A stretch of 64,000 nucleotides of DNA from the human T2T-CHM13v2.0 reference genome, Homo sapiens. Position numbers and translations under genes: made by a program. Positions 12,200 through 35,588 of the stretch are shown one piece after another. The notes below the pieces were generated by a model. It saw only the letters and a program-made list of their open reading frames with translations. It did no database searches and was not told where the DNA came from. How positions within the stretch are numbered: the stretch's first letter is position 1; each line of letters begins with the position of its first letter. The DNA lies in assembly GCF_009914755.1 (NCBI RefSeq), contig NC_060932.1; one strand, 5' to 3'.

Positions 12200-12900
12200 T
12201 TTATTTTTTTAATTTTGAGAAAACTGTAGATTCACACGTGGTGATAAGCAATAATAGAGAGATCCCAAACATTCTTCCCCAGGTTTCCCCCAATGTTAAC
12301 ATCTTGCATAACTATAATAGCATATGACCACAACCAGGAAATTGACATTGATGCAATCTACCAATATGGCTTACATTTCACCAGTTTTGCAGCACCCATG
12401 TGTGTATGTGAGTGTGTATATTTAGAGGTAGGAAATTTTATCATATTTGTACTGAGACCACCATGCAAAGGTACTGAGCCTTTGCAAAGGTACCGATTCC
12501 TTGTGCTACCCATTGATAGCCAGAGCCACTTCCCTTCCTCCCCAATTTCCTACTCATGGAAATTACTAACCTGTTTTTCATCTCTATAATTTTGTCATCA
12601 AAACGAAGTTATGAGAATGAAATTTTACATTATGTAAACTTTTGAAATTGACCTTTTGTATCAGTAATATCCACTTGAGACACATGCAGGTGGTTATATG
12701 TAACAGTAATTTTTGTTTTTCTTTCTTTTTTTTTGCTGCATAATATCTCATCGTATTGCTATATCACATTTTTTTAATCATTCACTTGCTGAGGGATATC
12801 AGGATTGCTTCCTGTTTCTGATTATTAAAATAAAGCTTCTATGAATATTCGTGTATAGGTTTTCATTTATCCTGGATAAGTACCCAAATATTCAATGTAC
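12200..12900 (-). mobile_element. L1MC/L1MD-class 3' UTR fragment
   Basis: TTTCCCCCAATGTTAACATCTTGCATAACTATA...AACCAGGAAATTGACATTGAT is typical of L1MC3/L1MD 3' ends. Confidence 0.75.
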
Positions 12901-13039
12901 GGATACTTCACAGTAAATTATTTCTTCCTTGGGTGACAGGTATTTGTGTTACTTACATTTTTTTTACTACTGCAGATATTTTTTATGAACATGTGAAATA
13001 ATTTTTATAGTAAACCATCTCATAAACTTTACTGTTGTT

Positions 13040-13510
13040 TATATATCATCAATAATTGGGGAATATGTGATAAAATCACTCTCTATTATTGTGAATTTGT
13101 CAGTACCTCCTTAGAGTTCTGTTAGTGAGCAAATTATGTATTTTAAGGTGGTAGCATTCATTGGCTACAAGTTGTGTATTATTGCATCTTCTCGATTAAC
13201 TGATTCTTTGCTCATTATGTAGTGGCCACCTCTATCTTTGTTTATGTTTTTTAAAATTTGTTTTATTTTTTCTGATATTTATGTGGCTATAGAAACTTAT
13301 TTAGTTACTACCGGCCTGATTTATTGTATTCTATATTTTATTACTAATTTCTCTGTGTTTTTATGTTTTGCACTAGGCTATGACAGATTTATAAAAAGCT
13401 AATTTTATGATGTATAGTTTTCACTGGATAGTTCATTACTGCTTTCACAATAGTTAGAAATATATTTGAATTTATTTTACCTTCTTATTTAGGGAACTTT
13501 TATCTAGGCT

Positions 13511-13544
<34 letters not shown>

Positions 13545-13990
13545 GTCTCTGACATTTTAAAAAAAAACTTATGTCCCAATCTAAAGTTTCAGTTACTCAA
13601 AGGCTTTGCAGCTATGATTCTGAGGTTTATTCTTCCTTCTGACTTTCATAGTATTTTATTTCTTTTCATTTATTTCTCCTTACTTAGAACTCCTATATAT
13701 TTTTTTGAATATTTGAAATTATTGAGCCCTGGACTGAAGGTCTATTCTTTGGGAGAAAATGAGCTTTTGTTTCTGCCAGACACCTAGTAACAACACAGAC
13801 TAGGGTCTACTTTAACATAAATTCCGCTGAGGTTGTCTGAAATGCAGATAGTTTGAATTCAGGCTCCAAACTCATGTGACACGTGCATTTTGATTGCATA
13901 TTCTCAGGGGAATATTTTTCTATTCTTTCTATCAGGACCAAGTGAGAATTATGAAAGTTCCCTTACAATCACCTTGCTACAAAGCAAATA
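13040..13990 (-). mobile_element. Ancient L1ME fragments (ORF2 endonuclease start and 5' region), with (CT)n at 13510-13550
   Basis: TAAAATCACTCTCTATTATTGTGAATTTGTC...CATTATGTAGTGGCCACCTCTATC is the antisense of the L1 EN region. Confidence 0.55.
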
Positions 13991-14004
13991 TTTTTAAATT
14001 TATG

Positions 14005-14185
14005 GATTTATCCAACAAATACTTATTGAGCATCTATTCTCAGTCTCTTAGAACCTATCAAATACTATTGTAGGTACACAAAACAGAGAGCCTGTCCTGT
14101 CTCTGTGAAAGTTTACACTCTATATGAGAGACAGAAAATAAAGTAATAAATAAATAACTAAAATACATAGTATGATAGAAAGTAG
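14005..14185 (-). mobile_element. L2 3' end (split by an L1PA; continues ~15638-15700)
   Basis: ATTTATCCAACAAATACTTATTGAGCATCTA...GTTTACACTCTA..GAGAGACAGAAAATAAA. Confidence 0.75.
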
Positions 14186-15637
<1,452 letters not shown>

Positions 15638-15909
15638 AGAAAGTAGCAAATGCTTTTGAAGAAAAGAAAAATTAGAGCAAGGTAAGAGAGGGATATAGAT
15701 GCAGTGTTTGCCTTTATCTTTATCTTCCTGTGTATATTTCCCCCCAGATAATACTAAATAGATTCTTCCTTTTTGCTTTAATTTGCATCACATTGTTTTA
15801 CAACAAGATGTAATGTCTATTGAATGCTCATTTTCTGCAAGCATTATTTCTTTTAATCTTCAAAACAATCTAAGAAGTCATTACTATTATTGATAATAAA
15901 GCAACTATT

Positions 15910-16261
15910 TAAAATTTTTTATTGATACATATTAATGGTACATATTCATGGGCTACATGAAATACTTTGACATAAGCATATAATGTGTAATGATCAAATC
16001 AAGGTATTTAGGACATCCATCACCTCAGATATTTATCTATCTATTACATTAAACATTTATTTATCACTTCTTTGTGTTGGGAATATCTCAAATATTCCCT
16101 TCTAGCTATTTTTAAATGTACAATAGATTATTGGTAAATATAGTTGCCCTACTGAGCTATTTAACAATGTAACTTATTCCGTCTATCTATGTGTTTGTAT
16201 TCATTAGCCAGCCGATCTTCATCTCCTCCCCAGACCCTTTCCAGCTTCTGGCAAATACCAA
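15910..16261 (-). mobile_element. L1MA-class 3' end
   Basis: TTTTATTGATACATA..TACATATTCATGGG.TACATG...AATGTGTAATGATCAAATCA.GGTA. Confidence 0.8.
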
Positions 16262-16392
16262 TCTTGTTATTCAAAGTCTGATACTTGAACTAGCAGCATT
16301 GGCATCACTCGGGAGCTCTTTAGCAATGCAGAAGCTCAGATGGATTGAATCAGTGATTCATATGCATTTCATCTTCAAGTTGAGACAATGTT
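16262..16392. mobile_element. MER5A-like hAT MITE, internally deleted
   Basis: TCAAAGT...AGCAGCATTGGCATCACTCGGGAGCT.TTTAG.AATGCAGA...AAGTTTGAGA. Confidence 0.65.
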
Positions 16393-17369
16393 GAGACACA
16401 ATTTCTGCAGCAGATTGATGAGATTCTTTATCCAAACTCAAACATTTACAAAATGAGGCAAACTAAGGCCAATTCCTTAAACTCCCTCTCATTTTTTTTT
16501 ACTTATCTTTTTAAGGAGGTGATTCGAAAACATTTTATTACTAAAACATAAAATATATGCAGTAAACATCATAGTGCATGACACATTTAAGTATTCAATA
16601 AAAGATGGCATTAATTTTTATGTAAGCTTCAAATTTAACCGAGTCCCTTTCCTAGCAGGACATTCACATGAAAAATCATGACAGAAAAGACATGTGAGTG
16701 GGCATGCTTTTTAGATTTTTAGGTTTTTTTATTTTTAGTGACTAGTTCAGATGCTAATTATCACAATTTTATTTATATAAAAACCCAATAGATGTATAAA
16801 GTTGCATAACAATGTTTATGAGATACTATTTTCTATAAATACTTAAAACTGATAATCAGGCATTTATAAATTAAAAATATAAATGTTATACTTACCACAC
16901 TATTATTATAAACACAATAAATAACTATCAAACATGAAATTCATTTTTATTTGATATACTTAAAAAATAAGAGATATATGGCACATAGTATTGTTTTAAT
17001 TAAAAAATAATCTAGCTTAATGTTTCTTCAACAGTGTCACAAAGAATTAATATCACTACAATATACTAAAAGATATCATTATTGATAAAAGTGGGAGAGG
17101 TAGACATGGGAAGTTTCTATAATCATGGATGCTTCAGCAATGCTACAAAATAATGTCCCACTTAATGTTTCATTATGATCATTAACACGTTAAGGACTTT
17201 AAGCAGGTATATGGTAAAGAAGCCATGTGAGTGTTTATGACTTCTCCAAATTCCAACCCCACCCTGTAATAGGTGCACTTCAGAGTGATAGACACTCTGA
17301 TAAATGCAAACACATTTTCAGCTCTCACAGAGTCCATATTTTAATTTAGGGGTGGGGAGATGTGACAGA

Positions 17370-18060
<691 letters not shown>

Positions 18061-18529
18061 GAAAATTTCTGTTGCAAAGAAATATAATCTTCTAATGTGG
18101 GCTAGAAATGTAGATTCTGGATAAATCCTTAATCTTTAAACCCAAAATATCTCATTTATCTTTGTGTATGTAAGATTATAGAAACATATATTTGAATTTA
18201 GCTGCATTCTCTTAATTTTTCTTAATTAATTGTAAATGGCAGATGTTATTTGGAAACAATATTTTTAGAAGGAATATACTGTTCAAAAAATATCAAACAT
18301 TTCTTCTTATAATAATTAGAAAATGTCTATCACCAAATCTCTTAAAATAAAATTCATATCAATAACGGAATCAACTATCCCTAGAAAACATTTCTTTCTT
18401 CAGTCTTTGTAGCTAGCAGAGCATCTCATACTACACAGTAAACTTGGCTAAAAAGCAAATTGATGAAATTTTAAATAGCTGAATATATATAATCAATAAG
18501 TTATTATTAGTTGGTTATTAATGAATATT

Positions 18530-19720
18530 TTATATATTCCTTAAAGAACTGAAAGCAATAAATAAAAAAATAAACAGACAATTCATATAAAAATAGGCAA
18601 AAGATGTTAACTAACACATAGAAAAGATGGACTCCAAATCTGCAAATAATTATATGAAAAGTTTCAGTTGCATAGAAGGAATAAGTTCAAGAGATGTTAG
18701 GTACAACATGGTGTTTGCAGTTAACAAAAATGTTCTGTATTTCTGATTACTGCGAGGAGAATGGTTTTTAAGTGTTCTCACCAAAAATCACGTTTTAAAG
18801 ATTATATGTATGTATTATATGTATGTATATAAAAACATATAATACATACATATAACTGGCTTGATTTAGTCATCCCACAATGTAGTCATGTATTACAAAT
18901 TTCTCTTTCAAAAAGAAACTGTGCTAACCCTTCTTAGTCATTAGAGAAGTGTAGTTGAAATTGCAACGGTTAACACTTCAAACAAAACAATTGCTAAAAT
19001 TAGGAAAACAGAAAACACTAAATATTGAAGAGGAGATGGAACAAAGGGATTTGTTATGCACTGATGGTGAGGGTGTCAATTAGTGTAATCATTTTGGTAA
19101 ACATTTTTTTGAGCATATTTCTACTGTATGACACTGTATTCCAGATAGATAGCAATCAGATAAACTGATAGGTAAGTATGCACACTAACAGAAATAAATG
19201 TGTAAGTTCATAAAAAATAAATGAATAACAAGTTCGTAATTGTACTCTTCATATTAGTGAAAAAGTAAAACAATAGTACATAGTAAATCAGAGGTAGAAT
19301 AAATAAATTAGTTCAAAAATAAAATGTTGTATCTTCAGAAAATGGAATATTGTAAGGCAAGGAAAAGAATTAACTATTGCTGTTTACAATGAAATGTATA
19401 GATATCACAAATACAATGTTGACAAAATAAGTTAAGCACATAAAAGTAGAACATACTATAAAATTCCATTTATGTAAAGCTCAAAAACAGACAAAATCAT
19501 ATATGGATTTAGAAGTCCCAACAGTGACTATTTTTCCTTGTTAGGAGCTAGAACTTCTGGGATGATCATTAAGTTCTGTTTTTTAATCAAAGTGCTGGTT
19601 TCACTGGTATGTATACTTTGTAAAAATTCATCAAGCTGTATATTTAGGATTTGCATTTTTTTCTGTATGTACATCATGCTTTGTTTAAAAGTTTATGTAA
19701 AAGAACTAATAAAACAAGCT
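18530..19720 (+). mobile_element. Old L1ME ORF2 end and 3' UTR, interrupted by an L1MA8/9-type 3' fragment (~18660-18900)
   Basis: Degenerate ORF2 C-terminus and L1ME 3' UTR (TCCATTTATGTAAAGCTCAAAAACAG.CAAAA...TTTGTAAAAATTCATCAAGCTGTA). The insert has GAATAAGTTCAAGAGAT...TTTTAAGTGTTCTCACCA. Confidence 0.7.
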
Positions 19721-20064
19721 ATTCTTTTACTATAAAAACACCATCAAAATTAATGTTATCCCTTGCTCATACAATGTCAGTAGAAATGGCTTGGTCAATG
19801 CACTTCATCTAGATTTGAATTATAAAATGAAGATTAAAATTTTTATTGTGTCCAATAGTTTCATAATCCTTCTGAAGGATAGTTGATAAACTATTTTTTG
19901 CCTCCAAAAATAAATGCCTCTTTTCCCTGTCAAACACCTGTGGAGAAAATTGTGAAACCAATGGTGAGGCAAAAGCAAGATTCTTAGATTCTGTTATAAA
20001 AAGCCATGAGACCCAGCGTTGCTGGGAGCCTTCCTTAGCACCACCCTTAGAAATGGAAGCTGCC

Positions 20065-20153
20065 CTTGCAGTGAGCCAAGATCGCGCCACTGCACTCCAG
20101 CCTGAGCAACAGAGCGAGATTCCGTCTCAAAAAAAAAAAAAAAGAAAAGAAAA
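20065..20153 (+). mobile_element. Severely 5'-truncated AluY (last ~64 nt plus tail)
   Basis: CTTGCAGTGAGCCAAGATCGCGCCACTG...CGTCTC followed by an A-tail. Perfect 16-bp TSD AGAAATGGAAGCTGCC at 20049-20064 and 20154-20169. Confidence 0.93.
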
Positions 20154-21422
20154 AGAAATGGAAGCTGCCTCCTGCTTAAGGAGAACCTCCCCTTAGCCAG
20201 GTTTCTTGCTAAAGTCTAGGAATACCATGGTGACCAACATAGACACGGTATAGACGGTAGTTCATTGACAAGTGAGTGATAAAGACAAGTAAACTTAAGT
20301 AAACTATTACATAGAAAAAACAACAACACAACTATAAAGTTGCAAAAATTATTCTGCAAACATAGTGGAGCAGAGCTGAACAAGAAGCAAGCTGAATGGA
20401 AGTCCCAGATAGATAAGTGGGGGACCACTGCAGTAGCTTTGTGGTTGGTAGCAGAAACTAAGATTGCTGATTGTTACAGCAACTCACTGAGCTGTCATGC
20501 CTACTGTCCTGTGGTTACCTTGTATATGGATTTTTCCTTCTATTTGTCCCCACTCACCAACCTCACCCTCCCCACATTCATCATGGCAACAATTGGAATA
20601 GTCACTGTAACTTACCTTGGTCATCAGAGCAGAATTCTAACACAAATCAAACCAGAACAAACAGTAACAAAACTAGAACACTCTTGTTCATAGTTTTTCT
20701 TCCTGGTACTTCCTTTGCTTGAGTTATATGCATTGCCCTGGTACAAGGTAGAGATCACTAACCTCTAAAACTTCTCAAATTCACTCAAAATTCAAAAGCG
20801 CATCTCAGCCATCAAAAGCAACCACTAAAGGCCTCTAGATGTAGTGAGCCCTTCTGGATGTCCAATATCTTCGAAGTTGAAACACAGTATCAGATGTCAG
20901 TGGAATGCCTTCTTGTGTGGTGGGGCTGGGTGATAGGGTTACAGGAATGAAAATGCAAATAATGCATCAACCTCGTGGCTTTCCGTGGCCAGATTCTACC
21001 ACCATAATGGTTTACGTTGTGTATCATTGCAGCCTTTCTTCCTGGCCTATTAGAACCCTTTGCACTAGGAAGTAATCATCTACTGCAAGCCAGAACATAA
21101 TGTTCGGTGCTGTGATAAACTCCAGCTGGCACCTGGGCAGGTAGACATGATGGACTGGGAGAATAATGGCCCAGAGAGCAGAATACATTATCTCTAGAAA
21201 CCTAGGGCTTAGACTTTCTTATTAGATTTACCTCCTTTGCCCTGCATGACGGACCTTTATACCCATCCAGCTGAATCACTTATAATTCTACTTGATTCTT
21301 TATATGACTTGCACAGTCTCTCTGTATATTGATAAAACACTTCATCTCAGCACTTATCATATGTGGCAATCACTTTTTCTTTTCCCTGGATACATGATTG
21401 CGTTTTGAAATTTATAAAACTA

Positions 21423-21620
21423 TTGTGATAGTTTGCCGAGAATGATGGTTTCCAGCTTCATCCATGTCCCTGCAAAGGGCATGAACTCATTAATTTTTAT
21501 GGCTGCATAGTATTCCATGGTGTGTATGTGCCACATTCCACTATGGCACGTGTATATGTATGCAACAAAACTGCACGTTCTGCATATGTAACCCAGAACG
21601 TAAAGTATAATAATAAAAAA
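21423..21620 (+). mobile_element. Very short 5'-inverted (twin-primed) L1PA6/7-type insertion
   Basis: 21423-21537 is the antisense L1 ORF2 end. 21538-21620 is the sense terminal 3' UTR plus AAAGTATAATAATAAAAAA. Confidence 0.85.
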
Positions 21621-22827
21621 ATTTAATACTCAGCTCCCTGAAATATAACTCTTGAGGTTTGCCCCAGTTGACACTTTAAGCCCTCCAGGCATTGAATCTC
21701 ACTGCCATCCTCATCACCCGTTTCTTGGACTCAGCTGTCTCGGACCCAATGTCTGATACTCAATAGGAGCTGTGAACAGCCTTGGATTTCATCTTTGGCC
21801 ATCTTTGTGTTTCAGGGAGCAAAGTGAGTTTTATCATAGGTTTCCCAGCCAATATTAACTTGTCAGTATTATTTCTTAATGAAAGCTTCTTCCCTTCATT
21901 ATCTCTCCCATTCAGTATGCTTCTCTCATTAGGATTTAACAGTTTTCTCCCTGTTCACAGGTTATCAACACTGAAACAATAAATAAAAGGAGTAGTGATT
22001 GACACAAAAGACAGAATCTAAATCATACTGAAGGGCAGGGAATCAAAGCAAATAACTTTTGGAATACAATTTGGAAGAAAAGGTAACAATTAAGAAAAGA
22101 TGAACCAAATTTGCTTACCTGGTAAGCAAAGAAAAGGAATACTTGAGTAGTAGTAGAATTTTATTAGTGATGAAGGAATTGCAAAATCGAAGACAAATGG
22201 AGATGAGGAGAGGAGACATTTTCATCATCAGTGCAGAAATATGGGCACTTTAGCTATCGTATCATTTCAATATCATGAGTTTTTTCTAGCTATTTAGACA
22301 TTGTCTATTTTTCTTGTTCCTCTTTACTTGTAGGTGTGGTATGTTCATTTGTTTTTGAATTGCCACTTTTTGTATATTCTTCACTTTAGATGCACTGATT
22401 ACAATGCCTATGCACATAATCCCCACATCCCTATGTACAGGTATAATCTCTCTCCTATTTGCATTCTACCGTATCTAATAACACTTTAATTTTAAAACAG
22501 GGGAATCGTTTTATGTTATAAAACAATAGTACCTCTACTTTTTCTTTTCTTATAATGATGAAAAACATGATAAAGAATTAAGAGCATACCACCCAGACCA
22601 GTGAAATAGAATTTGGAGTATTCTATTATACCTACTTTTGTGAAAAAAATTCAACAACAATGTTCAACTGTAGACTCAATTTGAGTTATTGTTTAAGCAC
22701 CTAATTTTAAGCACCTTAAAGTATTATGTCTTCTTAGATGATTTAACTATAGTTTTAAAAATAAAAAAATTATAAATTTATCCTGTCTATAATATTTATT
22801 ATCTCTAGCATGATGTTGAGATAACCT

Positions 22828-23129
22828 TCTCAACAGGAAGACGATGAAGAAGACCTGTAGGATGAACCTCTTCCATGTAATGAATAGTAAATATATTTTA
22901 TCTTCCTTATGATTTTCTTAGTAACATTTTCTTTGTTCTAGCTTACTTTATTGTAAGAATACAGTATATAATACATACAACATGTAAAATATGGTTTAAT
23001 TGAACATTTATGTTATCAGGAACACTTCCAGCCAACAGTAAGCTATTAGTTAAGTTTTGAGTAAGTCAGAAATTATATGAGCGTTCTTGACTATGCAAGG
23101 GGTCAGCACCCTTAACCTCATGTCAACTG
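22828..23129 (+). mobile_element. Tigger2a/2b (TcMar-Tigger) 3' portion
   Basis: GAAGACGATGAAGAAGACC...AATGAATAGTAAATATATTT..CTTCCTTATGATTTTCTTA...ends GTCAACTG followed by TA. Confidence 0.85.
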
Positions 23130-23134
23130 TATTC

Positions 23135-24051
23135 GTAAGAGTGAAATTACAGAATCATGTAATTCTATGTTTAAACTTTTAAAAAATAACCAAACTATTC
23201 TCCATGTAGGGTGAAACATCTTACATTTCCTCCAACCATTTGTGAGGATTCTAGTCTTGCCTTAATTTCCTGTTTAGATAGATAGATAAAGCCATCATAG
23301 TGGGTATGATGTGGTATCTCTGTGGTTTTCATTTCTCTAAAGTATAATGATTTTGTTTATGTTTCATGTATATACTGGCCATTTGTAAAAATCTTAAAGA
23401 AGTGTCTACTCATATCTTTTGTACATTTTCCTAATTTAGGGTTTTGCTTTATAATTAGTTTTAAAAATTATATATTCTTAATGCTAGTTCTTTCATGTAT
23501 ATGAGTTACAAATATTTTCTCTCATTCTGTCACTTTTCATTTTTGGTAATATCCTCTGACACAACATTTTTTAACTTTGATAAAGATCAGTTTGCCTACT
23601 TTTTATTTTGTTGCAGATGTTTTTGGAGTCATATCTAAGAATTCATTGGCACATCTAAAGTCATAAAGATTTACCCCTATGTTTTTTTCTGAGAGTGCTA
23701 TGATTTTAGCTCTTGTTTTTAAGTTTTGTTATCCATTTTAAATAAACCTTTGAAATGATTTTAGGTAAACCGTGTTTTAGCTCTTATATTTAAGATTTTG
23801 ATCCATTTTAAATAAGTGTTTAGTAAGTGTGAATTAGGTGCCTGATGTCATTCTTTTGCATGTAAATATCCAATTGCCACTGCAACATTCATTGGTAAGG
23901 CTATTTTTTCTACAATAAATGAAAGTGCCACTTTTATCATAAACTGATTGACTATAAATATATGGGTTTATGTATGAAATTGTGATTCCATTCTGTTGGT
24001 ATATGTGTGTATTCTTATGCCAATAGCATAATGTTTTTATTATTATAGCTT
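23135..24051 (-). mobile_element. Old L1M (L1MB/MD-class) ORF2 fragment, host of the full-length L1PA
   Basis: T-rich antisense ORF2 (GTGGTATCTCTGTGGTTTTCATTTCTCTAA...TCTTTTGCATGTAAATATCCAATTG). Resumes at 30202 (AAGTCAGGAAGTG). Confidence 0.75.
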
Positions 24052-24064
24052 TATTATAATTTTT

Positions 24065-30188
<6,124 letters not shown>

Positions 30189-30249
30189 TATTATAATTTT
30201 TAAGTCAGGAAGTGAGAATCATATATTTTGCACTCTATAGTTTGGTGCA

Positions 30250-33080
<2,831 letters not shown>

Positions 33081-33762
33081 CACTCACAACTGTGTATGTT
33101 TTTTCTTTTGACTATTTGCTAACAGTTAAAACAATGGGTATTAAAATCACTACAATATAAATTTCCTCATTTTTGTTCCTCCTAAACTATATTAAAATAA
33201 AATATTAATATAGTTTTTACAGGCAAATTTATTTTTTCTATATAATGGCCTTTGATCATAAATATATATTTTTTTCTCTGACTCAAGATTTTAACTTTGT
33301 CTACAAAAAAAATGAAATTGTCTTCTCTACAAGTATACTCCTGAATTAAATGTTGTCTGGGTTTTAAGATTACTGTAGGAGTAGAAAAGAGTTGCATATC
33401 ATTAAATATTGAAAAATTTCCACAGTAACCTAAATAATTTTAAAAAAAATGTTTTAAACACCACAAGAGATTTATTTGTTGTTGATTTTATTTCCAATGA
33501 CTAAGAAGATACTTTCAGTTTTATATGTATTCATGTGAAAAATCAAGGTGTTCCCAATTTGCGCACTTTGTAGAAATACATACATTTTTTAATATTACAT
33601 ACTGTATTTAGATATTTAGTACATATAATACTCTATAAATATACCATTGAATTTAATATTTTTAAAAGCTGTAAGCATCAACATTAATTTTACTTTGAAG
33701 CAGTTTGAACTTATTTTGAAACAATATTTGCACTGAACTTTTATTATTTTAGAATAATAGAG

Positions 33763-34175
33763 CACTTCTCAAAAAGACCCATTGCTTAATATCACCAAAA
33801 TGAGAGTTGAGTTTCAACATAAATTTTAGAAAGAAACACATAATGAAACCACAGCAGCATGTAAAAGGCAAGGGGGAACACAGTCTAGGGAGACAATACA
33901 ATCATGACAACCAGAGCGCAATAGGCTACAGCTGTTGAAGATATCAGATAAATAATATAAATAAGTATCATTAGCATGTTAAGAACTTATTCTAATGGGA
34001 AAAAAACAGACAATATAAAATAAAACATAGGATAACGTAAGCAAAGAGATGAAAATACTAAGAAAGAATAAAATTGAAATGTAAGATAATAAAAAGTATG
34101 ATATCATAAATAAGGACTGCCTTCATGGGCTCACTGGTAGTCTGGATAAAGCCAAAGGAAGAATCAATGTTTCTC
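33763..34175 (-). repeat. Inverted local copy of 35266-35680 (L1 ORF1 fragment plus 5' end of the MST LTR)
   Basis: The reverse complement aligns end-to-end with 35266-35680 across the L1/MST junction (roughly 85% by eye). Confidence 0.9.
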
Positions 34176-35588
34176 AACTTCTGATTTACACACAAGTTTC
34201 AAAAACAGTACAGAAGTTTTCATATTCACCCACATTTCCCTCTATTATTAAGACCTTACATTAGTATGGTAGATTTGTCACAGCTCGTAAAATAATATTA
34301 ATGCATTAACAACAAGTAAAGTTCATACTTTATTCATTTTTCATTAAATTTTACCTAATGTTCTTTTTAAAATTCCGTGTTCCATCCCAGATACCGCATT
34401 ATATTTAGAAATTGAACTGTTAATTTTTGTAAAGGTAGAATTCACATTTTTTAATGAATTATACTTTTGCTATTGTATTTTAATATTAAATTTCAATTTT
34501 AGAGACAAATCAATTCTTTTCTATTTTTTCCATTCCATTATTATAGTTTTTCATTTTACATTAAGTTTAATTTTCACTTAATTGCTATACAAGTATAATA
34601 TTTATGTATAAATTTATTTTTTCATATGAATGTCCAGTTTTTTCCAGCACCATTTATTGCAAACACTGTACTTTCTCCACTGTATTGTCTTTGATCCTCT
34701 GTCAAAGATCATTTCTTTGTCAAAGATATTTCTGTGGATTCTTTTCTGGACTCTTTATTCTGTGTCATTAATTTAGTTGTCTATTATTTCACCAATATCA
34801 AGGAGTTTTAATAATTTTATTGTAAGTCTTGAATTCAGAAAATGTTAATCCTCCAATCTTGTTCTTTTATTTTCAGAATTATATTGGCGCTTATAGATCC
34901 TTTGTCTTAAGATATTATAAAATTTTGGAATCAGTTCGTCACTATCTACAATATACCTTGCTGGAATGTTGATTGTGATTTTTTAAAAAATTTATAAATT
35001 TAGCTGGAAAAAAGTTGACCTCTTAAATACCGAGCCTTCTAATCTACCAACGGTAATATCTCTTAATTCATTTTGGACATTTTGCAGCCATTATTTCAAA
35101 TACTTCTTCTACTCTCTTCTCACTTTTTCTCCTTCTTGGATTCCTTAAGCATGAATTTTATACATTTTTGTAGTCCTATACAGCACATTAATGTTTCTTT
35201 CTATTTTACATTCTTTCCCTACTCCCTTGCATTTAGGTTTGGAAAGCTTCTATTGATCTATCTTCGAGAACATTGATTCTTCCCTTGGCTTTATCCAGAC
35301 TATCAATGAGCCCATTGAAGACACTCCTTACTTATATCATACTTTTTATTATCCTACATTTCCATTTTATTCTTTCTTAGCATTTTCATCTCTTTGCTTA
35401 CATTATCCTATCTTTTATTTCATGTTGTCTACTTTTTTTCATTAGACTAAGCTTATAACATACTGATGACAGTTTGATAGTTATTTATAGTTTCTATCTG
35501 ATATCTCCAACAGCTGTATCCTATTACACTCTGGTTGTCATGATTGAACTGTCTCTTCAGACTGTGTTTTCCCTTGCCATTTTCATGC
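34176..35588 (-). mobile_element. L1MC-class fragments (3' UTR, ORF2, ORF1) with large internal deletions
   Basis: L1MC 3' end (CCTTACATTAGTATGGTA.ATTTGT.ACA...TTTTACCTAATGT...CCCAGATACC.CATTA.ATTTAG) followed by antisense ORF2 and ORF1. Confidence 0.7.

Noticed and set aside
17035-17207. Plus-strand exon candidate (TTCTTCAACAG ... CAG|GTATAT)
   Set aside because: Stops in all three frames, weak donor and no other support.
19940-21900. Possible ancient Gypsy/ERV internal remnant (weak minus-strand SDIGSET protease-like motif near 21750) and the 117-aa ORF at 20340
   Set aside because: Similarity is too weak to support by eye. It needs a Dfam search and is left unannotated.
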